Below are positions 13,256 through 25,916 of a stretch of 62,200 nucleotides of DNA, in pieces; the first letter of the stretch is position 1; the number at the start of each line of letters is the position of its first letter. Below the pieces are notes generated by a model. The model was not told where the DNA came from and searched no databases. It worked only from the letters and a program-made list of their open reading frames with translations. The stretch lies in the NCBI GenBank assembly GCA_010015585.1, contig ML975154.1; one strand, given 5' to 3'. Both the position numbers and the translations under genes were made by a program. The DNA is from Eremomyces bilateralis CBS 781.70 (lineage: Eukaryota).

Positions 13256-15379
13256 TCAATGGAAGAATGGTCCGATGGATTCTCCGATATCTTTGACATT
13301 GTCGGGGTACACATAAAAGGCGATCGCGATGATGATATACCTATTCGATGTATCAGTTCCCGCACGCGTGGCACTCGATGATACGAAAACTTACATCGCC
13401 AGACACAGGACGCCCTCGAGGTAGTTGCTTTTGCCGTCCTGGATCAGGTAGTTGACCACCAGCACGCTGAGGAAGAAGCAGATGGTTTCGAAGCCTTGGA
13501 AGTGGAGAGTCATGTTCTGGCCGATGGCCCAGCCGAGCAGGACCATGAAGGGTGTGACGAAGAGCGCGATCTGCATGCTACTACCGATGGCGACGTTGAT
13601 GGCGAGATCCATCTTGCCTTTGTAGGCCACGATGCATGCGGTGACGTGCTCTGCGGTGACGTTAGAATAGCTTCCATGACGGGAGGGGAGTCACGTACCA
13701 GCGGCATTGCCGACGATGGGGATGAGAATTAGACCGATGAACGTTTTGGAGATGGCGCCGGTGGCGACGATGTCATCGACACTACTTTGGTTAGTGACAT
13801 TCATAACAACGGCCTCGAGAGACATACGTAGCAACAAGATAGTCTGCGCAAAGCGCGATGATGAGCGTGACGACAAGGAGGGCAATGGATGCCGGAATCG
13901 GCTTGAGGATCACCTCGGTTTCCTCGCTGTTCTCCTCATCCGTCCGCTCCTCGTCGAAGAGGTACGCATGCGATCGGAGCTGGAAGAAGAGGTAGAGGAT
14001 GTAGATGAATAGGAGAACGATAGAGGTGTAGTGGGAGAGGACGAGGATGTTGTTGTCGTTGGATGTACCGCCGTCGACGACGGAGTACAGGGCCGCCGGG
14101 ATGATCAATGCGCAGACGGACACGAACATAAGCGAGCTCATGGTGCTTGCGACGGTCTCGTTGAACTGAAAGCGCTCGTTAGGACTGGCTCATCAGTGAA
14201 TCTAACATATGTACTCACTCTCTGCTCGCCTCCGCGGATCCCTGCCGCGAGAAAACAGCATCCGAGAACCAAAAGGATATTCGAGAGGATAGAACCAAGC
14301 ATGGAGGCTTGGACGATTCGAATCTCGCCTCTCGCGAGCGCGACAATGCTAACCTATCCACCCATATCCGTTAGCGACCGTTTACTCCATCCTCAACAAG
14401 GATCCCTACAATCAACTCAACCGCATTCCCAAACGTCGCATTCATCAACCCCCCCAATGTCTGCCCAAGTTTCACGCTCAATTCCTCGGTTGCAAAGCTC
14501 AGCAGCGCCGCCAACGGCACAATGGCCAGGAAGTTCAGCACAAAGGTCGGTATGGGTCCCCAGTTCAAAGCGCCCGACAGGATCCCGAGCGGGACAAAGA
14601 TGAGCAGCACGTTGACGTAGTTGCTCGAGAGGGTCAGCCACGTCAAGTGCGCCGTCGCCTTCGGGAAGCGGGAGAAGATGCTATGGTCTGCATGACCCCA
14701 GATACGGGAATCGCCATGGGGAGTGGCGCCGCTGATGGTGCTGTTCGGGATCAAAGGCGCCCGTTCGCCGTTCGTGGGATGAGTCGCTGGCATCGATGCG
14801 GTGTCGTGATGTGATATGGAGTCTCGTCGATCGCCAGTCGGCTGTCGCGCCAATACTGCACTTTGACGTCGGAGTTTGTCTACGTGATAAGCGCAAGAGG
14901 GGCGCCGGCGGTTAGTGATAGAATCATGAAGTCCCAGGACGCTTGGAAAAGGAATTGACGATAAAGCGGGAATGGATCGACGCTAATCGGCTCGTATGAG
15001 GTCACCGGCAATTGATTCAACGGCAACGTTTAGGATAGAAGGTATTTACGGCAGCACGCAAAGTCAATGTAGAAGCAAAGAACAAAGGGACCAGCAGACT
15101 CAAATGAATTGAAGGAATGGGAGGAGTGTGTGATTGATATTGTCTTTGTCTGGATAATAATACAAAGGTGGCTGAGGTGTTGCGCGGGTTGTCGCCGTCT
15201 GAGTAAGACCCTGCAAATCTGCAACGATGCGGACATGCGGCGATCAATCCATAGGTGCAACCTAATGCCGTGGCAAGAGCTCGGCGACGTCACAGAGGAA
15301 CGGTGAATTGCGAACGGGACGGAGGATGATCCAAAGGAAATGAAGAATTGAGTTAAAGGGACAGCAGGGACTCACTCAT
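13256..15379 (-). CDS. VCX1: Vacuolar Ca2+/H+ exchanger (CAX), multi-exon; predicted 4-nt first exon 15379-15376
   Basis: [37 protein letters not shown](E)[15 protein letters not shown] and DGKSNYLEG. The final exon reads [12 protein letters not shown]. The start exon is inferred. Confidence 0.9.
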
Positions 15380-15652
15380 TTGTCACAAGGGAGGCTGGGT
15401 CGATGAATATCAACGGTGCCACGATCCCTGGGAATTCTGCGAATGCCGAAGCGTCGGGGTTGCGATTTCGCGCGGAGGTGGAATTCCTGACACTGACCAA
15501 GCCTCGTTGCTGTGACGAAACCGAAGGAGTGGAGGCCTTGGTGATGCGACAAGACCTGGGCCGTGGGATGGGAGCTGTGATGGCGAGGGGAAGCGTGTGC
15601 CGTGTGAACGGCAATCTGGAATTGGACCTGGATTATGGAAGAATTACACAAT

Positions 15653-15661
15653 GGGGCTGTG
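15653..15661. promoter_or_regulatory. Candidate Crz1/CrzA calcineurin-response element GGGGCTGTG
   Basis: Matches G[T/G]GGC[T/A]G[T/G]G about 275 bp upstream of the predicted VCX1 start. VCX1 homologues are known Ca2+/calcineurin-responsive genes. Confidence 0.35.
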
Positions 15662-15682
15662 CAATTGCTTGGAACTCGAAAC

Positions 15683-15722
15683 CCAGACGCGCGGGAATCC
15701 AGACGCGCGGGAATCCAGACGC
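15683..15722. repeat. 16-bp tandem repeat (CCAGACGCGCGGGAAT) x2.5
   Basis: Read directly from the sequence. Confidence 0.8.
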
Positions 15723-17152
15723 TCTTGGTATCTTGGTGGTCGTGATCGGCTTGCATTTGAAGGAAGTGGTGAGGTATGGAGAACGGGGGAGCAGGAGAAA
15801 CCACACGATTGGACTTAGCGAGATTTGTATGATCGACGACGGACAATCCATCGTCGTGCTGCGGACTAACTTGAGCTTGGCCTGGGAAACGTTTGGGCCT
15901 CTGATCTTTGAACGTGTTATCGGCCCACATTAACCAGGGTAGCTCGCAGGATGACGATAGATGGTGGCACTAACTAAGATTTGGTTGATTTTATTGCGCA
16001 TTGGTTTATCCTAGGTAGATTCTAATAAGACATTAATATTCACATTTAACCCCTAAAGTCCAACTCAAGAAAAGCAATCATAACATTAGGAGAGGCACAG
16101 AGCAACCTACTGGCTATGTGGACAGCAGTGTAAAACAGTGTAAAGCCGGAGGGGAATTATGAGCGCAGCTACATGGACTGGACTTTTGCCAGGTGCGCGA
16201 CTCCTCGTTGCTGAGACTACAGCCCCAAACCCCAATCCTACACGTCGATCAATGGTCGCATTGATACATACTGTAAGTCGTTAGCGGACTACCGGGATTT
16301 GTTGAGTAGTCGAGACGAGTCTACTCCGTACGGAATATAGGTACGGAATACGGAATACGTTTATTCACTTGCTACCACATGTACGCCCTGCATTCTACCA
16401 GCAACCAACTAAACTTTGGCCAACCCATGGTGGAAGACACTAATGGTCTTTGGCTTTTGACGTCCTCTAGTCTATAGAAAAGGAGAATCGTATCGGCTTA
16501 CTAGGAGGGGTTTCGAAGCTCCAGGGATACGATTCAAGGCCACCAATGATCAATTTCTTCCTCTCCAGAAGGTCCTTGACTAAGGAAACTCAAACATGGC
16601 CTTTTCACGATCTCGCACTTGTAAAGTCATGTCATGTCTCTCTTTGTGCGAAGTTTCCTTCCAATACAGAAGCTCGAAGTCTTGCGGGAAAAACCCAGCC
16701 ATCTCCCAATCAATGATGCAAGTAATCTCAAAGGTGTTCGGATCCACGAAAATGTTCTGACGACCTAGATCGGTATGGATATGGCAAACACATAATCGGC
16801 CGTATCTTTGAGCGTGGACGGCCAGACACGCTTGTCTTTCCACTCCCAAAGCCTATGGGGAGGGATGACTGGAAGTTTTGGATCGGGACCTCCCAAGGTA
16901 TTCCGACGTAGTTGGCGAAGCTGAGGAAGAATTGTTGACTCTAGCTGCTGAGTAACTCACTCAATTGCGGAAGGACGTAGGGGCTCGTCTATTTCTCCAA
17001 GCTCTACGCCAGTTTCACAAGTGCGGTTTTAAGATAGACGACTCCATTGTCCTCCCATAGGTCGAGTAACCTAGGGACCGGAATGGTTGTGTTTACTACA
17101 ATGAATTGTAGGGCGGCGGCTTCATTGCGGAGGCGATTGGCGATGTAAGGTA

Positions 17153-18456
17153 AAGTACTAGGACAAAAGTCTGTGCATGCCCCACACCAAAATCAAAACA
17201 AGCTGAACAACCACCAATCTTCAACCATCAATATTATCATCAAAATGAGGTCATTTGGGCAAGAAATTAGTGGTAATCGACAGAGAAATCGCGAATTAAG
17301 CGAACGTCAAAGAGCTGCGATTTTACAGGCCGTTGCGGACGGTAGAACTAAGGCGGAGGTTGCGGAGGAGCATAATGTCGTTGTTCGCACCGTATACAAT
17401 ACCATCAATCGATGGAACCACCACCACGTCACTGCATCCTTACCCCGTAAGGGGACCCCCCGAAAACTATCGCGGTCTAACGAACGACATATCGTCAAAA
17501 TTGCACGTAGATTCCCAAAGATAGAGTATACAGAGCTCCTCGAAAGCGTCGAATACCTCCGGATCTCGAAGAGGACTATCTACCGAACCCTTAAGAAATA
17601 TCACCTTACGAAGTGGCGAGCGAAGGAGAGGCCCCATCTTAGGCCTCACCACGTCAAAGACCGGCTCCAATTCGCCCGCGAATTCGTGAGATTCAACTTC
17701 TCAAGGACCCACTCTACAGACGAGTGCTCTTATGAGAAAGGGGCCGGCGAAAAACAGGTTTGGGTATGGCGCCTATATCACGAGGCATACGACCCAAAGA
17801 TGGTCGAGCCTAAGACCCCTGGCAAGGCGATTTCGCAGATGATTTGGGGCTCAATCTCGCGTGAAGGGAGGTCGGAGCTGGTGATCATGGACCGCGACGA
17901 AGACTCTCTAAGACAGGGCTATTCCGCGAAATCTTACATCGCTGCGTTAGAGGAGGGGCTGCTCCCTACGTACGAACCCGGGGATGTTGTTATCCAGGAT
18001 AACGCAAAGATACACACGGCCAAAATCACCCAGGAATGGCTGGAGATTCACGGCATCCGGGTCATCGATTGGCCAGCCAATTCTCCGGACCTCAACCCTA
18101 TAGAACACATGTGGCATGTGCTGAAAACGATGGTCAAGAAGCTCTACCCTGAACTAATGCGAATGGGGGCATCAGATGAGACACGGGAGGTAATGAATAA
18201 GGCGTTAAAGGAGGCGTGGTGGGCGATCCCTCAGGAGAAGATCCGGGCACTGATTGACTCAATTCCGCGACGTTTACAAGCGGTGATCAAGGCAAAGGGC
18301 TGGCATACGAAATACTAGGCTAGTACTAATTAGGCAATCAAAAAAGCATACACTGATCGCTTCCTCTGCGGTTTTGAGCGTATCTCACGATGGGGATGGT
18401 GGTGGTGGTGAAATCACGTGGTTGACGACCATGCACAGACTTTTGTCCTGTCAGTG
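17153..18456 (+). mobile_element. Tc1/mariner (impala-like) DNA transposon, about 1.3 kb, TA target duplication (17151-17152 / 18457-18458)
   Basis: A 20-bp inverted repeat core AGGACAAAAGTCTGTGCATG at 17160-17179 and 18430-18449 encloses a transposase ORF. Confidence 0.92.
17245..18318 (+). CDS. Tc1-family DD34E transposase, intact, 357 aa
   Basis: N-terminal HTH, then STDEC, IQDNA…(34 aa)…SPDLNPIE, and C-terminal RRLQAVIKAKGWHTKY. Confidence 0.93.
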   Translation: MRSFGQEISGNRQRNRELSERQRAAILQAVADGRTKAEVAEEHNVVVRTVYNTINRWNHHHVTASLPRKGTPRKLSRSNERHIVKIARRFPKIEYTELLESVEYLRISKRTIYRTLKKYHLTKWRAKERPHLRPHHVKDRLQFAREFVRFNFSRTHSTDECSYEKGAGEKQVWVWRLYHEAYDPKMVEPKTPGKAISQMIWGSISREGRSELVIMDRDEDSLRQGYSAKSYIAALEEGLLPTYEPGDVVIQDNAKIHTAKITQEWLEIHGIRVIDWPANSPDLNPIEHMWHVLKTMVKKLYPELMRMGASDETREVMNKALKEAWWAIPQEKIRALIDSIPRRLQAVIKAKGWHTKY

Positions 18457-19803
18457 TATTACCACTGGATTGCCGTATATGTCGTCGCCGCACTCATCGT
18501 CACGAGGTTGCCTCTTTATGAACACCTTCGTCGTGTAGTAGTAGGAAATACTACGGGAGACGACTTTCGTGACCATCGTTCCATCATCTGGCTTTAATTT
18601 TCGGGGGAAATTTGTCATCCATGGGACACATCGCTCGGAACCTCTCAGCATATTCAATGGCATTTTTCATGTGCTGGCTGACCTGGGCCATTGTCGAGGA
18701 GGGAAAATGGGATATCGGTGAGTTGGTGACGTTGAAATACAAGCGGAGACCCGGGGGGGGACCTAAGTAAACAGTAAACAGTGAACAGTGAACTAATGAC
18801 CAAATGAAGTCCAAAGCGAAATGAAGAGTGGAACGAAAGGTAGAAGTGGACCATAGGTAGGTATGAGATGATGAGAAACGAGGACAGAACAACATAACAG
18901 GAGAAACCCCTTGAATTTTGATACTCAGCGTCTTGGATACCATACGGGATGCTGGATAGTGTCTTAGCTTTCTAAAGGACTTGGAATCCATTGTACACAA
19001 CCAGAGGGACTTAGGTATCTCATCTACGAGGAGTTCAGTGAGTCGAGGTTTATCAACAACCCCGGATTCGGTTCTGAGCAACCGAACCCATATTAATATG
19101 GACAGTTTGATGGGTTTAACTATAAGTTTTTAATGTCGAACTACGGCTACAAGCAAGAGAGTGGGTACTGGGCGGTTACGCTGCCCAGACTAGGCACCTA
19201 CCAGCCCAAAATGGGTACTGGCCCTCCCTAACACAGCTGCCCAACCACCCACCTCCAGTGAGTCCAGCCTGCACCTTTGACCTAGCGGCTAGCAGCTTAC
19301 TGCGGGCGCCACGCTAAATTACCCGCTACCACAGGGGCAGTCCCGCCTAGTTTGGAGTGGGGCCGGTGGCATTTGACCCGTCAGCGACTGTTCCCTCATC
19401 ACTTCCAATTCTCAAGTCCCAAGCCCAGAAACCAGACAGGATTCAAATCTCCTCGTAGGATTTTGTGCGATTCTGATTATTATGCTTAAATTACTAGCTG
19501 CTAATTGCGTGACTGGCGAAGGTTGCATAGGATAAATGTCAAATCGATTCTAGGAGGGTGACCGCAGTTCTAGTTTAGCCTCACACCGTGTCGCATGTCT
19601 GAGGCAAGGATGAATAATGCTTGGGACTCTGTACACTCATTATCGTTGGATTCCGCTCAAATCGAGCATCAGGAGCCGTTTTATATATCCTAATAAATGC
19701 CCCTAACCGTCGTCCCTGCGTATATGTGAAATTCACCGCCCCCGATCCCCAAAACGCCATAATCCAGCCTGCGTAAAGACTTGCGCTCGAAATCGGCCTG
19801 CGC

Positions 19804-21623
19804 CTACCGCTCGTCAATCTCCATCCGATCCGCCCCCACCAACGTCGCCCTTCGCCGACTCGGACCAAAGATCATCTCCAACACCTTCGACTTCTGCCGC
19901 TCCCGTAGCTCCTTCAGATGCTCATGTGTTCCCTGGATCCCACGGATCTGCTCCGCGACGCTTAACGTGCTGCTCTCATTGCTGCGCACCAGTGGATTGA
20001 TCAGTCGTCGCCTCAGATTCTCCAGACGCTCCTGAAGTTGTCGTAAGCGCGCGTTGTGCTCCTCGAGGACCTGCTTGTTGCGGACGGTGCGCGCGCGAAT
20101 CGAGGTCAGCAGGCGCTTGTTGCGTTCGAACTTGGCGAGGGTGCGCGCGTTGGCGCCCATGACCTTCGTCCAGAGGGAGGAGAGCAGCTCGCTTTCCTCG
20201 CGGTCCTGCTGCGCGGACTCGCGGACGACGATGCGCTGCAGGTTGAGGAACTTACGGTCGACTTGCTCGAAGAGGGTGAAGAGCGCGGCGCTGTATTGGA
20301 GCTCGTTGTTGATGGACTCTTCGAGGACGTTAAGGAATTCGTGGAACGTGCGTTGGAGGGCGCCGCGGGTTTTTTGTTGGGGGGTTGGACCGAAGAAGGC
20401 GGTTAGGACGCGGCCTAAGGCGGTTGGTCGCCCAGTGTGCGCGTTTTCCAGGAGACCGATGTCGGTGAGCATGGAATGGAGGTTGGTATATGCGGACGAG
20501 AGGGGCGACGTAGGTGCCGATGAATATACGGACAGCTCACGCCTCGCCCACTCCATTACAATAAGAACGCTACCGGTTGTTAGCAGCGTGTTTCATGGAC
20601 AAGCGATATGGTCACGCACCTATCGATGTCGCCATCGACATTGGCAAAGAACTTGGTCAACTCAATTGCCAACCGCTTCAGTCCGTCGCCCAGCTCGTCC
20701 AACTCTCCGACAATGATAGCAGCGCTAGTCAGGTTGGTCTGCCTAATTGTTTCCCCCAAATCCCACACGGCCACGCCCGTATCTTGCAGGTCCTCGATCT
20801 GCTGGACACCATGCTCGCTGTAGTAAATCATCGGCTCCAATGACTTGGCGATGCCGGCCACTTTGACCAAGTCCGGCACGTATCCTTGCGAAGGCAATGT
20901 GAAGAGCACCCGAAAGAGGAAGATGGAGAGGAAGGCAATGCAGACCGCGACCACGGCGTTAGTTCGCGACTTTGTGATGAGATCGACTTTGTGTCTGATC
21001 CAAGTGACAACGGCTTCGATTGGTTCTGTTCGCTGCTGTACTTCCGCTCGAACGGCGAAACGAATGTCTATTCAATTGAAAATCGTGGTTAGTAACTATA
21101 CCAGGATATTGCGTTCAAATGCGTCAGACTCACAATTGTTATTCAACACTTCGGGGGCAACACTTTCCGACCGTTCCCTCTCATATTCCCTGCCGTGTCC
21201 CGCAGTGTCCCGCACTGGGGACTCTCGCGGCGTCCCTTTCTCAGGACTTGCCGGCAAAGGCACCATGGCCGGTAAGGTGAGATCTCCTTCATCCGCGCTG
21301 GCATACTCGGCGCTCCGCTCCACTGACTGACTATTGCTGCGACGGGGGCTAAAACTGGACCGCATGGGGCCACCTTTCCGTTCGTACCATCCACTGCTGG
21401 CCTTCCTCCACGCGGGAGGCGACCATTGAGAGGCGGCTGGATCGCTCTCAGGTTCTGAAGATCCGACAGAGTGTCCAGATAAGAAGCCGCTGTGCGCGGA
21501 GGGAATCGCCCATAGAGGCGATCGTTCTCGATCGGACGGTTCAAAGTCTTCGAGGGATGCGGTGAGAGAGGGGTGGTCAGAGAAGTGGAGAGAAGAGGGC
21601 CGTCCTGAGGCCAGTGTGCCCAT
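19804..21623 (-). CDS. Fungal protein of unknown function: disordered N-terminus, one TM segment, long coiled-coil C-terminus; 3 exons
   Basis: Spliced reading NNN|YIRFAVRAEVQQRTEP…TM…PDLVKVAGIAKSLEPMIYYSE…FFANVDGDID|SILIVMEWARREL with canonical GT-AG introns. Confidence 0.8.
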
Positions 21624-22419
21624 TGTGACGCGTGCGAAGAGATACGTCAATGACGGCTGATACGAAACCGGCGCTTAACTGATACAGTTCATATAAGGGG
21701 CCGTTGGAACTTTTGAATCCAGACAGTTGTACGAATAAATTTTAGAAGAGAAAAGAACAAAACTGAGAGTTGGACAAAACTTCTAAACCAGTGACAGAAC
21801 TCGACAAGGCGAGGCTGGTATCCTCTGATTCACCGATATACCCGAGCGACTCTTCCTGTCAAGAAACCCACTACTGATGCCACTGACACACGAGATTCTT
21901 TCAGGGGTATGGACGTTCTTCCCTAGTTCTTGACTCGATTTCCAAAACGAACGGATTTTGACCGGAAAGCAAACGGAATATACAGACCACAAATCGACTA
22001 CAGCCATCTCCAGCAAGATGAAACAAGAAATGGGGAGGTTGGTGGAGGGATTGGTGCATGATGTTCCCTTGATTGCTGCGTTGGCGGGGAAGATACGGGA
22101 GGATGGGGGACAATGCTGGGAAATGCAGTTTCGACGCGTTCATTGGACGAGACGGACGGGATGGTTGCACCAGGGAACCTGACTAAGGAAGTGATTAGAT
22201 GCCTCAGGCAGTTTATTACATTTATGCCTCAGGCTTCAAGGCAAACAAAATCCAACTTCGAAATCAATCAATCAGACCTCAATTTGTTCATTGTTCGGTC
22301 TCCAGGAATACTTTTCCGCGATTGAGATGCCACGACATCCAACCCGTGCATCGAATTAAGGCCAAATATACCGTTCCCATCCAAACAAAGTCTCTCATCA
22401 CAGGCTAAAGCCGGCCACT

Positions 22420-23460
22420 ATGGCAAATCCACGAATCTTCCGGTCGTTCACCGCGATCGCTCTCCCTATCCGACCACAGACAGCTCGGTGTGCCTCGCAA
22501 AGATTGGCGCCGGTTTCGATTCAATGCCGACGGTCCACGCGTGCATCGTCGAGCAACTCAGGAGAAAAACGACCGAAGGGACCCGATACTGATTCATTGC
22601 CCCATGTGTCCGAGGAAGCGGCGGCGACGGCCAAAATCACTGGAGACAAAGGACCGGATATCCAGCAGGGAACGCCCGTGCAAGAGGTCATCAAAGGCAA
22701 GAAGGAGCTGCACGACAAGCTACCCAAGGTGATGCAAGACGAGAAATCATCTACCGAACCACCAAGCGGCACCCGATCATTCTCCACCGTCGCGAGGAGA
22801 CAAGAAGACCTCCAAACCCTTCCCTCCACACCATCCTCCCTCCCCCCAACCCTCATCCCTTCCTCCTCCCTCCCCCTCTCCACTGGCGTCAAATTCGGCA
22901 CCCCCACTCTCCCCCTCCCCCCCCAAACACACCTCAAGCACCGCGACGACCCCATCGTCCAACAAGTCACCACCCTCCTCATGCGCCACGGCAAGCTCTC
23001 CGTCGCCCAACACAACATGTCCTTCATCCTCTCCCACCTGCGCACTGCGCCCCCCCCCAAGCTCAACCCCGCCCGCCCCCTCGTTGCCGGCCACCCGCCC
23101 CCGCACCAGCTCCCCCTCGACCCCGTCATGTACCTCACCCTTGCCATCGACTCCATCGGGCCGCTGGTGCGCATCCGCAGCCAGAAGGGCGCCGCGGGCG
23201 GTGGGCAGGCGTTGCAGATCCCCGTGCCGTTGAGGCAGCGGCAGCGGCGGAGGCAGGCGGTGATGTGGATTTTGGCGGCGGCGGAGAAGCGGGCAGGGAA
23301 GGGGGGGACGAAGAATATGTTCGCGCAGAAGGTGGCGGATGAGGTGGTGGCGGTGGTGGAGGGGAGGAGTAGCGTATGGGAGAGAAGGAATCAGTTGCAT
23401 CGGATTGCGGTGTCGAATCGGAGTAATGTGGGTTATAAAAAGCAGCCGGGGAGGAGATAA
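22420..23460 (+). CDS. RSM7: Mitochondrial small-subunit ribosomal protein S7
   Basis: Arg/Ser-rich presequence, then LLMRHGKLSVAQ, QIPVPLRQRQRRRQAVMWI and LHRIAVSNRSN. Confidence 0.92.
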   Translation: MANPRIFRSFTAIALPIRPQTARCASQRLAPVSIQCRRSTRASSSNSGEKRPKGPDTDSLPHVSEEAAATAKITGDKGPDIQQGTPVQEVIKGKKELHDKLPKVMQDEKSSTEPPSGTRSFSTVARRQEDLQTLPSTPSSLPPTLIPSSSLPLSTGVKFGTPTLPLPPQTHLKHRDDPIVQQVTTLLMRHGKLSVAQHNMSFILSHLRTAPPPKLNPARPLVAGHPPPHQLPLDPVMYLTLAIDSIGPLVRIRSQKGAAGGGQALQIPVPLRQRQRRRQAVMWILAAAEKRAGKGGTKNMFAQKVADEVVAVVEGRSSVWERRNQLHRIAVSNRSNVGYKKQPGRR

Positions 23461-24054
23461 GTGGGATTTTGGGAGCTGGATTATAGGATGCGTGGGAGCC
23501 TTTGGGGACGAACCGCTATTTGGGCGCTGGCGGTTGAGATACTTGTATATTTCACCAGCCATGTCCTTCGTTCGCGAACTAGTCAGGATGAGGTGAAGGA
23601 GAAAGTTGTTGCCAGTCATTTAGAATCACTATGACGCCGGAAGCATGTAAATCATTGGATAGATATCGGGACGATTCAGCCCGCCCGCACATTACTGTAC
23701 ACTAGGATAAGACTTTATATACAAAACTTAAAAGGAGCTCGAAGCCCGGAAAACGATTCTCATATTCATACATCAATCCCGGTACGTCCAAAGGGAATAT
23801 CCCACCATTTCCATCCAGCCGTTGCAACATCATTCGCAACCGAAATCCCGCCCAACCATTTTTCCAAGCATCATTATAAATACCGAAACGCCGTCCAGAT
23901 GCGTGGAATGCAGAGACCGCACTCTCGTTGAGCCTCGTAAACGGTACTAGGAAACATCGACAAAGGAGATCGATACATAAGAAATCCGTGAATGGGTATC
24001 AAAAGTTACATTATCGGACGAACCGGGATGTCTAGCAGAGTGGTCCCGCTCCTT

Positions 24055-25916
24055 TCATGCGCCGGTCAGCGGCACCTCGTCGAGTGACATCAGCGACGTC
24101 CGATGACTTGCCGTCTGCGCTTGTGACAGCGGCTGTGTCCCCTCCATCGGGGTGTCGAAACCGCCGAACACGCGCGGCTGCATCGCGCTCGTCGGCGTCA
24201 TCATCTGCTGCATATGCTGCAGGGCCTGGGCGGGCGGCTGCGGATGATGCGCACTGCCGTGGCTGTGGCTGCGGCGGAGGGACAGCGAGGAGATGCGGCG
24301 CAGCTTGGAGAGGGTGGGGTGCTGGGGTTGGGGGGTGGTCTGGACGCTCATGCTGGTGGGGGAAGAGGCGGAGGTAGGGTGGAAACCGTGGCGCATGCTG
24401 TGGTGGAGGTGGGGTTCGAGGGATTTGGCGGAGAAGCCGGGGTGGGAGCCGGCCGGGGGTGCGCTGAGGGACATGGCGAGGGATTGATTAAAGGGGTGGG
24501 CCTGGAGGGGGAAGGGATCTCGGGAGGGGTTGTACATGTGTGGCGAGTCGAGCTCCTCGGGGGCTTCGTGGACCTGGGAAAGGACCGGGGAGGAAGGGTC
24601 GGACATCATGGGGTGGGATAGCAAGACGGGCTGCGGGAACAAGGGATGGTCGGCATGCTCTGAAGGAGTGGGTGGTTGAGTGGAATTGAGGCCTCGAGGG
24701 GAGTGCAGCATCGGTTCGTCGAAGTAGAAGCTGGACTCCGAGTTGGCAAACGACGCGGGGGTCATGACGCCCGCATCGGCGTCGGGGATGAACTTGTCCG
24801 TAGACATTGGCAGCGGCTCGGCGAACTCGTATAGTTGGCGGAGGAACGTTCCAATGTCGGGAGCAAAGGATGAGGTCTCGAGTCTCTCCTTGAACGGGGC
24901 GGTCCGCTTCGGGTCCCACCTCAACTTGGGCCAGTTCTTATGCTCCTTCGGTCCATGATACAGTTCCAGGAGCTTCCTCCACTGAGGCGCCACCAGATCC
25001 TGCGCGAGCAGGTTCCGGATCTCAAGGGAGTAATCCCATTGGTGCTTCTTCAGCCTCGACTCGGTATAATGCTCGTCTCCGATATGGTTGAATCGAGCCT
25101 TCTCGGACGCCAGCAATTTCTTGCAAAACCCGCATCCCCAATACCGCTTCTTCTCCAGGTTCAGAACCAAAGGTTGCGGTAAATAGCAAGGTCGTCCCGG
25201 GTGATGGCTGCTGTCGTGAAGACGGAACTCATCTAGGTCTTTGAACGCGACGAAACAGTCATCATGGGGGCAGTGAACGATGGATGAGGGGTTATGAAAC
25301 TTGTTCTCGTGCTTTTTCCAGTCGGATTTCTTCCCGAATCCGGTGTCACATTCTCGATGCGTGCAAAAGAACAACTTATTTAGACTTTCGTGGCCCGCTT
25401 CGGAAGGCGTCTTACTCGTCGCCGACCTGGGGTTGACTTGCGATAGCTCGGTTGGGGCAGGCGAGCCTCGCTGAGTTACAGGGCTTGCGGCGACTCTGTT
25501 ATACGCACAAGCCCGAGCTACGGACCTCGGTGCTTGAGTCGTGCCGGATTGGACAGACCAGTTACTTGATGCTGTGCCGTAGGATAGTGAGGAACGGACA
25601 GAGTCAAACGTGCACACCGAAGCTCGAGGATCTGATGATGACGATGTGCAGAGGCTTGGAACTGAAGGGGTTGTTCGACCACTATTGCTAATGAATTGAG
25701 GATCTAAAGATCATCAGTCTTCGGTTTCCCACCCGTATGCATCGCATGATCTGCGGTTTTCTAGGGCTGAGTGGTGGAAATAAAATCGGACATACCACTG
25801 GTAGCTTGATAGACTAGGCTCATTACAGCCTGAGGCCCGAGATCTTGTACAAGAGCGCAGATGGTCTGCCAGTCCTCAGGCGTTGGATTACGTGGATAGG
25901 AGGGAAGGTTCGACAT
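24055..25916 (-). CDS. C2H2 zinc-finger transcription factor, 2 exons (intron about 25795-25705)
   Basis: FFCTHRECDTGFGKKSDWKKHENKFH, HCPHDDC…H…H and WGCGFC…RFNHIGDEH, followed by the WD…IRNLL.Q block typical of fungal C2H2 proteins. An upstream exon splices in frame. Confidence 0.8.

Larger units (their letters stand above)
16580..18691 (-). pseudogene. APH/choline-kinase-like phosphotransferase pseudogene interrupted by a Tc1 element
   Basis: RLRNEAAALQFI…TTIPVPRLL and HTDLGRQNIFVD…IIDWEMAGFFP. There are several frameshifts and a stop. Removing the TE and one TA restores NPVVI|PYIANRL in frame. Confidence 0.8.

Noticed and set aside
15376..15933. 176-184 aa ORFs on both strands upstream of VCX1
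   Set aside because: They have no recognisable motifs and overlap the VCX1 promoter and a tandem repeat.
19080..19500. Possible MITE or TE remnant (repeated GGGTACTGG) next to the APH pseudogene
   Set aside because: I found no convincing terminal inverted repeats or target duplication.
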